A DNA stretch of 64,000 nucleotides from the NCBI RefSeq assembly GCF_048593235.1, contig NC_133620.1, forward strand, positions 52,888,852 through 52,952,851, in the 5' to 3' direction. The notes below the pieces were generated by a model that was not told the origin of the DNA, did no database searches, and saw nothing but the letters and a program-made list of their open reading frames with translations. This document shows, one piece after another, positions 24,040 to 34,800 of the stretch (the stretch's first letter is position 1; the number at the start of each line of letters is the position of its first letter). This stretch comes from Sminthopsis crassicaudata. Lineage: Eukaryota. Position numbers and translations under genes: made by a program.

Positions 24040-25920
24040 TGGAATCTATATAGAAACCCCTTTAACTTTCCTGCAATCTTCTCTAAGACTCTCATTTTCC
24101 TCATTCTTTTTCTCTTCCTTTCTCCCAGTCTCAGAAGAGATAGGTCTCCTCTCATTTCCTCCATTATCTTCTTCCATTTTAGATCATACCCTTTTATTCA
24201 AGCTTCTTAAGTCTCTCCCTTCTCCAACTTATACATATTCCCTCTTCTTACCCATCTTTAAATAAACAACTTTCCCTTGATTATATCACAATCCTCCCCC
24301 ACATTATCCTTTTTTTCTTTGTTGTTGTTATTGAGCTATTTTCCTTTCCAACTCTCTGTGATCCCATTTGGAGATTTTTTGGCAAAAATACTGAAATGGT
24401 TTGCCATTTCCTTCCCCAGCTCCCTTTTACCAAGGAGGAAACCAAGGCAAACAGGGTTAAGTGAAATAAGTGTCCGTGGTCAGATTTGAACTCAAAAAAA
24501 TGGGTCTTCATGACTTCAGACTCAATGTTCTATCCACTGAGCCACCTTCCTGCTTCCTTTCCACCCTTCACTCTTCAAACTCTTGTAGTCCACCTTCCAG
24601 TACTTTCACATAACAGTTTCCTTCACTGTTACTAATAACTTCCTCATTATGAAAATCAATGACTGTTTTATTTTTGTTTTCAGTCTCCTTAACTTCTCAG
24701 AAACATGTAACAATCTGACCTTCTTCCCTCTTCTTTTTGATATCCTCCCCTCTCCTGGCTTCCATGACACTTCTTGTGACTCTAATCTACCTGAAAATTC
24801 CCATGTCTCCTTTGCTGATTTCTATGCTGTTCTTTAATAGCAATGTTATTTAGATTCAACTTCGTGGAACAACTTGCCTTCCCTCTCAGAATAAACCAAC
24901 CAATGATATCTCATTGCCATAAGACTGGATAATCTACACTTTCTCAACTCATTCTGAATTGCTTCTTCCCTCAGATTGCAGCAGAGAATGGAAAGTAGAG
25001 CACTTAACTCTTCTCAAAGCATTTTTATAGTACTCACAACCTTCCCTGTAACTTGACTCTCCACCAGCAGCTCTGTTTGGTTTCCATTCCATGAAATAAT
25101 ATGCTCCTGTACCACCCCCATACTTTCCAGTTTCCTTTTTGGGAAGTTGCCTTCCCATTAGATTGTCAGTGTCTGGAGGGCAAGAACTGTGTATTTCTTA
25201 TTTGTATCCCTGATGCTTATCATAATTCCTGGACCTACTAGGCACTTAAAAATATTTATTGATTTAAAATTAATTTATCATATTTAATTAAATCTTAATT
25301 TTTTTTAATATGGGTATTTCCCAATGTTCTTTCTTTGGTTCTCTCCCCTAGATAGCCTCAATTCCTTGGTGATTTTCTGCCTTCATGACTTTAATTATCA
25401 CTTTTAAGCAGAAAACTCCCAACTCTACATTTTAGCCCCACCTCCTATCTTCTCTTCATAGTTACAGTTCCATATTTCCAACTGCCTTCTAGATGATTCT
25501 GCTTGTAGATGTCCCATTGGCTCCTTAGACTCAACATATTGAAAATAAAATTGTTCTATTTTTCCCAAAAGCTTGCCCTCTCCAAACGTCTCTTCTCCTT
25601 TCTATACTAGTGACACTACATCTTTCTAATAACTCAGCTTGTAATCTCAATAATTTTTTTATTCTTGGAAAACTTGTAGTCTACAGATGGGGTTTAAATC
25701 TTGGCTGTTATTAATTATCTGTGTAATTGTGTGAAAATCATGTTACTCCTTCACTATTTACTTCCTCATTCTGAAATTATGGATTTGAATTAAATGTCTT
25801 CCAAGGTTCTTTCCAACTCTAATCTATGATGCTATTTTTTGTCTTCCTCACCTCACAAATGCAATCAGATACCAAGTCCTGTTGATTCTACTTCTCTTCT
25901 GTTTATATCCTCTCTTCTGT
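24040..25920 (+). mobile_element. Fragmented L2 LINE with nested SINE/L2-tail insertions
   Basis: C/T-rich L2 segments: ctcctggcttccatgacac; ttccatatttccaactgccttctagatg...agatgtcccattggctccttagactcaacat; ccaagtcctgttgattctac. Confidence 0.7.
24318..24557 (-). mobile_element. MAR1-like SINE nested in L2
   Basis: ttgttgttg tail, ttggcaaaaatactgaaatggtttgccatttccttccccagctc, head tctatccactgagccacc. Confidence 0.8.
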
Positions 25921-26039
25921 ACATTCTTGAGGACTGTGTCTAATTTAATTGGAAGTACATTTCTAGTGCAGTGTCTTAGAGGGCTTTGGCCTTATGGTAC
26001 TCCATATTCTTGTCAATGCTATAGATAAGTATATAGTAT

Positions 26040-26185
26040 GCTTTCCAATTTTACTGATATTAGAAAGGTGGAAGAAATACCTAATATTTTGGGGTAACAT
26101 GATCAGAATCCCACATTTTTGACATGTTAAAATGATGGGAGAATTTAATTAGTTAGCGTTTAGTAGACTTAAATATAAAGCCATA
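26040..26185 (+). mobile_element. CR1/L3 reverse-transcriptase remnant
   Basis: aat ttt act gat att aga aag reads NFTDIRK, resembling CR1 KFADDTK; downstream gatcagaatccc...ttgacatgttaaaatgatggg follows the CR1 consensus. Confidence 0.55.
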
Positions 26186-26924
26186 TAACCATGGACCAAA
26201 TCATTTCACCTCAAAGCCTCAGTTTCTTAACTACAATCATAACCCTAATCCTAAAATGTAGATATTAGTACCCACCTGGCAGCTATCCATCTGTAATACA
26301 ATATGATTTAAAAACTTTAAAATTCTATATTAACATTAATTGTTATCTAATTACTATATGTTTGGTGAATCGATGAATAAACATTTTCCCCCTAAATAAT
26401 CAAATGTTTATAGCACTCCTTATAATAATTAGCATTTATCTAGCATTTTGAAGTTTGGAAATAATTTTGCAAATATTATCTCTTTGATCCTCGAAATGAC
26501 TGGATTGGCAAATGGTATTATTATCCCCATACTGGGACAGAGAGTGACCTGCCCAGATTCACAAAGCTAGTGAATACGTAAGGTTAAATTTGAACTTGGG
26601 TCTTCCTAATTGAGGGTCCAGCCCTCTATCTACAAGTTCCTTTTGATGCTTTTTAAAATTTAATTTAATTAAGGCTACTTTGCAAGGATGAATAGATTAA
26701 CTATTTAATTCCATTAAAAAAACAAAATAAGAGATAATTATTCATTTTATTAAGATCAAATGAGACAAAAAAACTGGTAAAAGAATGAGGATATCTGATA
26801 GCTTAAACATTACTTGAAGGCAGGAACATTTTCACTTCTGTTTTTTTTATCCCTAGTAGTTTAGTGTACTTCCTGACTCATAATTGGTTCTTACTTGATA
26901 AGAGCTTGCTGATTGATTGTCCCA

Positions 26925-27910
26925 TGTTGGGTTGAAATGGAAGAAGGCTTCTCTGTACATGAGAAGCTCCTCTGTATGCTCCATTTTGGGGATGACCCTC
27001 TGATGATTTCGTCAGCCTCTGGAATATTTCAGACCTTCCTAAGGGCGATGTATTGTATTGTTCATAATAATTCAGTCTAATTAACCACTAAAGGAAAAAA
27101 GAAGTGGTTGAAGAAGGTTCATTGTCCATAGAAATATTGAGTTGAAGGAATTTCGTAAAACATAGCAAATAGATAATAAACTGGTCCCAGAATTGAAAAC
27201 GAAAGAGATTGTGGAGAGGAGGATTAGATCTGGAGAACTGTGTAATATGTTTAATGACTTCAAGCTTTTCCCTGAGATAAAACAGATAAGACATTTTTAA
27301 CATTAGTATACTTGTGGTAGTACTATATGGCAGTAGATCATGGATAGGAATTCCATATCTCAAGATGAGAAGCTATGTGGTTCAGTGGATGCAGTATGGG
27401 ACTAGAGTAAAGAAGACTTGAGTTTAAATCTGACCTCAAACACTAGCTGTGTGATTCAGGGCAAGTCATTTAACCCTGTTTGCCTCGGTTTTCTCATCTA
27501 TAAAATGAGCTCAAGATGGAAATGGCAAACCACTTCAGTATCTTTGCCAAGAAAACTCCAAATGGGGTCACAAAAAAACAACTGAACAACAATCTCAGAA
27601 ATAACACAACTGTAGGTTACCCAAAGGATCATGGAGATTTATGGTGAGCATAAATAGGCTTACAATCCATGAAGAATAAGTATTTAAAAAAAAACACCAA
27701 AAAAGAGACATAAAACTAGAAAAGGGAATGGGCAGATATCTATGAAGAGTGAAGCAGATTCCACTGAGGATGTACCCCATTGTAGCCTACAAAATATCAA
27801 GACACCCAGAAGAAGGTCTCTAATTTGTTTGATGGACTCCTTGTGAAAAACTAATAGAAGAGTATGAACAAGAATCACATAAAGTAGACTATGATCTACT
27901 CCATCCATAT
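26925..27910 (+). mobile_element. Decayed RTE-clade LINE 3' portion, split by MAR1
   Basis: MLHFGDDPL at 26976-27002 (RT FADD motif); ggtcccagaattgaa...aatgacttcaagcttttccctgag...ctatatggcagtagatcatgga; resumes after 27592. Confidence 0.7.
27367..27592 (+). mobile_element. MAR1-like SINE nested in RTE
   Basis: tRNA head, core cagggcaagtcatttaaccc, tail ggaaatggcaaaccacttcagtatctttgccaagaaaactccaaatggggtcac. Confidence 0.85.
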
Positions 27911-27971
27911 AAAAATCCTGAAGGAATAGTCACTTCATTTTTTAAAAATCTTATTTACTACATTTAGAAAT

Positions 27972-28205
27972 TTGTTGCTGTTCAGTCCTATCTAACTCTT
28001 TCAGACTCAATTTAGAGTTTTATTGGCAAACTTACTATAGTGGTGTGCTATTCCCTCCTCCAGTTCGTTTCACAGATGAAGAAACAGGCAAGAAGGATTA
28101 AGTGACTTGCCCAAGGTCACACAACTAGTAAGTGTCTGAGGCTAGATTTGAATTGAGCAATGGAAGTCTTCCTGACGTTAGGCCAGCATTCTATCCACTT
28201 TGCCA
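27972..28205 (-). mobile_element. MAR1-like SINE
   Basis: ttgttgctgttcagtcc tail; ttaagtgacttgcccaaggtcacacaactagtaagtgtctgagg; attctatccactttgcca head. Confidence 0.8.
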
Positions 28206-30479
28206 TATTGAAAAATGTACTTACCAATTTCTTTTAATAAATTTTATTTATTATTTTATTTATATTGTTATTTCTTGTTAATTAAATAAATATTTATTTA
28301 TTATTCAATAAATTTTAATAAATTATTGTCCTTCTGGTGTAGTGTAAATATCACTATATTTATATTGGTAGTAATTTGATTTTTATAAAGTTTCAGAATT
28401 GAACCAATTTGCATGAATGTTTATTCATGCTAGATCACACTAAGGCTAAAAAAAAGTCAATTCAGGGTACTAGAAGAGCTATAGAAACAGATAATTAAGG
28501 TCTCAAAGTAGGTGGATAAACAAGCAGTTTGATTAGAGTAGATTTGCAAAAGAAAAAGTGACTGTTTTCATTTGGTTCATATGATCCTTATCCAACTTTA
28601 CTGTAAACTTTAAATTTATATGAGTCAAGGATCGGGCTGGAGTTCTCTCAGGGCTCCTTGTTTGAACTTAGGGTTTTCTTTAGGTTTTCTGGGCCTCAGT
28701 TTCCATGTTTCTAAGATCTACAAGATCTTGTCTATACTAAAGTACTAAAGATTTTGAGCTGGAGGGAATTTTAGAAATTAGGTAATTACAGATTATAGAT
28801 GAAAAAACTGAAACCCTTTAGGTTAGAAGGGGAATTTTTTGTTCAAGTTTATGCAGCTATGAAACCTCAGAGTTGAAGTCTGATTCCAGGCCCTGAGTCC
28901 ACAGCCATTTTCATTTTTCCATTTTTTCCATTACACCATGTTGCCTCCAAAGCAGACTGGAGTTGATCTCCAAGGCATTTCCCAATTCTTATAATCTATG
29001 CCCTAGGCAAAATGGGAAAAGAACTCCCATTACAATGTACAGACTAAGGGACCAAGATAATGCTGTAGATTAAGTGTCAAAGATGATCCAAGAGGAAGAG
29101 GAGTGTTCCCACTCTCAGCCCTCTATTCAATATACTACAATCCAGTGAATACTTATTGAGAAATTATTATGTTTTGCATATCCAGGAAGCATTCCACATA
29201 GCATAGTAGCTATAGTGCTAGGTCAATAGGAGCTAAGTTGGAATTTTTCCTCAGTCCCTTACTAACTACATGACCCTGTGCAAGTCACTTATGAGAAACA
29301 GTAAGAATTTACTAAGGACCTCCTATGTCAAGCATTGTGGGAGGTACTAGAAATATAAATACAAAGAATGAATAATTCCTATTATTAAGAAACTTCCATT
29401 CTATGGGAATTCCTGACTTTCTAAGGTCCTTTCTACTTCAGAATCTATGATCCTATAAACCTATGTCCCTGCAATTTCCCTACCCCTCTACGCCACAGAA
29501 AATAAATATTTTCTGCAAAATGTAAATAGGATCAGGCAGTTGATAAGCAATGGCATGAACCAAAGTGGTGAGGTACCTCACTTTATGACTGACTATGTAA
29601 CCAAGGAGAGACTCCCCTTCTCCCACCTCTGCTTAATGATAATAGATTAGAATGTTCATATTGAGAGATAGTCTTACTTGGGTCTTGGCTTGTGTGTTGT
29701 ATATGTGTTAAACGGCTCACCTGAAGAGTTTTAGCACATAGATTTTTCATCTCGAGATGTCAGCCAGCCTCATCTGGTCTCCAGGAATGGTGAATACATG
29801 TGCACAAGGGCATAGTCAGGAATTAACAGAAAGTAATAGGGATGGATGTTGGGATCTTTTTTGGTTGTTACAGAGACAAAACTGGAAGTTGGCCCAACAG
29901 CTGGCTGAAGGTAGGATTGCAAAGCTGTTCTGACATTCCCTTGTTTTCTTTAGGGAGCTGCCTTCACCTCAGCAACAATGCTCATTTGTTGAAGTCCCCC
30001 ACATGTGCTAGGCACTGTGCAGAAGGAATAGAAAAATAGTACCCTACCACCTGGGAGCTTTCATTCTTAATGAAGTAAAACAGACAAGCACAAGACATTT
30101 TCTTTTAACGGTTTTAGGACTTGAGAACCTATAGACCATGGTCTCTCTCTCTAGGAATAGAGAAACAATCAAAAACAGTCTTGGTTTGACTTATTTTCCA
30201 AAATCTGGATCCCTGGGGTTTGGAGGTAGGACGAGAGGAAGGGAAGAGGTGGAGGAGTTAGATGTGATGGTCGGTCATGTCACATGTGACGCTGTATCCA
30301 TCCATTGGCTCATGGCTATTTAGCCCCTTGACACTTGATGGCACTCTTGGCATGGAGGTTATGAAGATTATATACAATGAGATTGATTCATTTTGCCTGT
30401 TTTCCCCTGTACTTTGGGCAAGAGACTTTTGATTTATTTTAAGGATATAATCCTATTTTGAAAATAATAATAAATAATA

Positions 30480-30671
30480 TCCATGCACGCACATAGACAT
30501 TCACACAACCGTATTATATAGCGCTATGCACATTTAACAGATGAGGAATGGAAGAAAACTGGGGAATAACTGAAGAAATAAAATTCAAACCCGTAATTTA
30601 CAACAGATGTTGCCAACATCGATCAGTCAAGTATCGATGATGTCCCTATCTAGACAAGGCCTATAAGACTT

Positions 30672-30707
<36 letters not shown>

Positions 30708-31830
30708 TCATAGCCTCTGACAGCTGAGCATCCTAGACGGGAGTTTTCACTAGACAAATAAATGACTTCTGGGTTTTCGAAGTTAACTTGTTTGGCCCTG
30801 CCGTTTAATACACTAATGGAAATCATTCATTAGCAAGTGTGAATCGTACCCCAACAACAACAGACTGCCTTCATCCACAGTGCCAAATGAAGTGCCAACA
30901 TGAACTGCTCATTAGGATTTGTGAGAAAAACGCAAATAAAAATGCCAATGGATGTCATAGCAATCCTGACTGTTGCTAATAACAGGAGAGGGGAGGGGAA
31001 CTTCCTTCCAAGTGACTGGAACTAAACACTGCTTCAGTTTCCCTACTCCAGATTCTCCGCTTACTTGTAAGAATGACTTGCCCCTCCCCCTCCCCCACCT
31101 CCCACACTCTCGCTTTTCTCTTCCCTTACAGGTGCCCAACTCCTCAGCAAGAGTCTTTCTCCTTTCCTTTATACGCTAAGTCCAGAGGCCAAACAAACAC
31201 AGAATAATCCGTCTCCGGGGAAAGAGGAGCTTTTATCCCGGCAGCTAAGTCAAATGCTCTTCTCCAGCCCCTAGTAAGCTGGGGGGTGGGGTAAAAGAGA
31301 TGCGAGAGAACGATAAGGGGAGAACGCAATCGGGAGGGTTTTGCTTGGGTCCCTCTGGTTTCTGAAGATTTTTATAGTGCTGCTGGGGGGAGGGGGCGTG
31401 CGTGTGTGTGTTCCTCCCTCGGAGTTTGAACGTCAGCCAAGTCACAGAACAAGAGCAGGCTGGGGCTAGGCTTGAAGGTAACCACAATTCTGTTTGGGAG
31501 CGGCGTACTGAGGTTTTCCAAAGAAAAGCCAAGAAATGAGTGATGGGCTTCGGAGATGAGATGCACACATCTCGGGGAGAAAGAGACCGAGGGGAGGAAG
31601 AGGGGGGATGACAGGAGAAAGAGCGGGGGGCAGGAGAAAGAGGTCACGGAGGAGGAGGGGGGGCTAATCAGAAAGAGCGGAAAGCAATCATCCCCAGACT
31701 ACGGACTTGAAAATGCATTTTCTGTCTCTCCTCTCCAAACTTGAACTCCCCGGGTCACGATGTATTGTGGAAATCTCTCTGTCTTAGGTCGCTAAACCAG
31801 AAGTCTGAAACTGGAGGGGGAGACGCCTTC
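30480..31830. promoter_or_regulatory. CpG-enriched, GC/GA-rich intronic promoter- or enhancer-like block
   Basis: About 38 CpGs by hand count in ~1.35 kb, against roughly 1-3 per kb in typical flanks; no recognisable TE; GGGGGCGTG, ACGTCA, TAATCC and G-tracts. Confidence 0.5.
30675..30702 (+). repeat. T28 homopolymer
   Basis: Direct reading. Confidence 0.97.
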
Positions 31831-34800
31831 TTTTTTGAGTGTCTCAAAAATTAAAACACAGTTCCTGGAAGGGAAGGAGCTATTCCAATGTAAAATGACT
31901 CTAACTCCTGGGTGAGATAAAGGACTGAATGCACCCAAGCCTTATCTTCCACTACAAAGCAGAGATGCAAGTTTGCAGCTGTCCCAGCAGGAGAGGCACA
32001 TCTGTGGACCTCAGGGAAACCGTTATAACTAAGAATTCTTCTCCATGGGGGTGGATGGGGAGGGAGAGGAAGATTGATCTTGGGTTGTGTGAAGAAACGG
32101 GGATCCTGATGACAGGGAGATTAGGCCAGCCACAGATGGAGTTGTGCTTGGTGAGGGAGCACCCTAACTCCAAGAAATTGATTCTATGTATTCATGGAGA
32201 GGAGGGCAAAAAGTGAAACCCAAGGAAAGGGTGCCATAGTTCCAGGACCAGCTGAAAGAATGGGACCAGGCCACATGTCACAAGTCAGTAAAGGGCCAAG
32301 ATACCTCAAGACAGCAAGAAAAGAGCAGAATCTCATTTGCCTCATCCTACTTACAGCTCTGATAAGAGTTATTATATGGGCAAATGTTAAGTATATTATG
32401 GCCAACCAATCAACAATTATTTTTAAGCACTTGCTAATATCAGGCACTATATTAGGTGCTAGACTTTTGTAATAGACTGAGAGATAGATACAAATTTGAG
32501 GCCATGGTGATATCCTTTTATGTTGCCACTAACATGACCTTATTAGAGTATCACTTAATATCCACGTTATCATGTTCTTCAGTGTATTAGTGAGGATAAT
32601 CATAAAAAATGCTTTTGAGAGATACAAAGAACATATGTGTATATTCATATTTATTAACAATCATCCAATTTTAGAAAATTATAATATTCTGGAATTAGAA
32701 TTTAATTGTTAAAATAATGAAGAGTGTAGAGAAGCTCATCACATGAAGAGTTGAAAATTCAAAGGCTAAAATTCAGTTCCTATACACACACAGAGAGAGA
32801 TACACTTCTCTTTTCCAAATAGATTTTTTAGAATAACATTCCTAAGAGATTACTAAGGAACATATAGTTTTATACCCAAGCCAGATAGAATAATGGTTAG
32901 ATATGCTGTGTTTGGAGTTAGGACCTTCTGAATCTATAATTCTATCTCAGATAATAGTTGTATGACTCTGGGCAAATTTTATAATTATCTGTAAAACGAG
33001 AGTTACCCACTGATAAGTTATTGTAAGAACCAAAAGAAATAATATATGCAAATGTATATAAACCTCAAGACATTATACAAATGATGACTACGATTATTGT
33101 TATTTCTACTATTGCTAGAAATTACTAATTTTCAAGTGAGGAAAATGAGGAATTAGACATTGAAGTGTCACAGAGAAATAAGGAGATGGAGGAGGAAGAG
33201 GAGCTGAAAGCTAACCTTAGAACTCTGGATTCTTCATCTGATGTTCTTCTCTACACCATTCATATTTTAAAAGTTAAATTCTAGATCTAGAACTTTCTAA
33301 TTTTATGCACATAGATGATTCAAGAGTAGATATGAGAATACGGTGCATAAGTACAATAGTTTGTGAGTGCATGTGATTTGGGATGGTATATAAATTAAGG
33401 TGCATATGTGTGTGAACATGGGTATCTGTGGAGAGCCAAAGAAAAAAAGACTTGGCTGGGTCATTAGTGCCACTGAGAATTATGGGAAGCACTAAGCACC
33501 ATGACTCTGCATGCAGTATACCTGCTCAGTGAAGTTGCCTTGACACCTGATGACCTTCTCATTTAATGCGATGGCTCACAACCAGAAACCCTGGCTTCCA
33601 TAATGCCATAGCTAAGTCCCTCTTTTAACGATGGGAAATTCCAGGACTTCATGTGTAACTGGGAGACCACTTGGGGGCCATGAGCAGGTTATTTCACCAT
33701 GTGATGATGCCACTCATCTGGGTCTTCCTATATGTTGAGTCACAATCCCTGGATGGCTTTGAGTGACAAGAGCAGGGTTAGAGCTGCCCAGGGATTCCCC
33801 AGCTGCACACATGGTCACAGCAATGGAGCAGGCTAATCAGAATGCCTGAGCTGCCTTTTCTACAGCTCATCCTTTTTCTTCTCCCTCCTAACAAATGGTG
33901 CCAAGAAAGGAATAAAGGAGAAATTCATGGCATTTATTTGCTCTATTGTGGCCATGAGCAGGCTGCTCCCTTTTAGTTAGGGNNNNNNNNNNNNNNNNNN
34001 NNNNNNNNNNNNNNNNNNNNNNNNNNNNNNNNNNNNNNNNNNNNNNNNNNNNNNNNNNNNNNNNNNNNNNNNNNNNNNNNNNNNNNNNNNNNNNNNNNNN
34101 NNNNNNNNNNNNNNNNNNNNNNNNNNNNNNNNNNNNNNNNNNNNNNNNNNNNNNNNNNNNNNNNNNNNNNNNNNNNNNNNNNNNNNNNNNNNNNNNNNNN
34201 NNNNNNNNNNNNNNNNNNNNNNNNNNNNNNNNNNNNNNNNNNNNNNNNNNNNNNNNNNNNNNNNNNNNNNNNNNNNNNNNNNNNNNNNNNNNNNNNNNNN
34301 NNNNNNNNNNNNNNNNNNNNNNNNNNNNNNNNNNNNNNNNNNNNNNNNNNNNNNNNNGGAAAGAATGGAGAAAGAAAGAGAGAGGGGGAGAAAGGGAGGG
34401 AGGGAGAAAGAAAGGAAAGAAGGGAGGGAAAAAGGGAGAGAGGAAGGGAGGAAGAGTCACACAGAGGCAGTGGCACTCCAGATTGAGTCAGTCTGCCTTA
34501 AGGCCCAGAGCATTGGACTTTGAGGTATGAGACTTGGGTTCTAGTCTCATAATATCTGAATAAGTCATTTGATCTTACAGGGCCTCCATTTCTTTGTCTG
34601 TAAAAAAGAAGTTATGATTCCTATCTGTTGTAAGAAAGCTGTTTTGCAAACTTAAAACTTCTATGGAACAATGTTATCATTTTAGAGATGATGGCTAGCT
34701 GAGTGCCAAGCTTCTTAAGTTATCTGTGTCAGCATCTACTACTAAAACATAGACTTAATAAAAAGGCCTCTATCTTTTCCTTGTGTCTTTTTTCTCTCAA

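Noticed and set aside
28215-28330. Very AT-rich stretch as a matrix-attachment or unwinding element (also 23520-23730)
   Set aside because: It cannot be distinguished from low-complexity AT drift in this genome.
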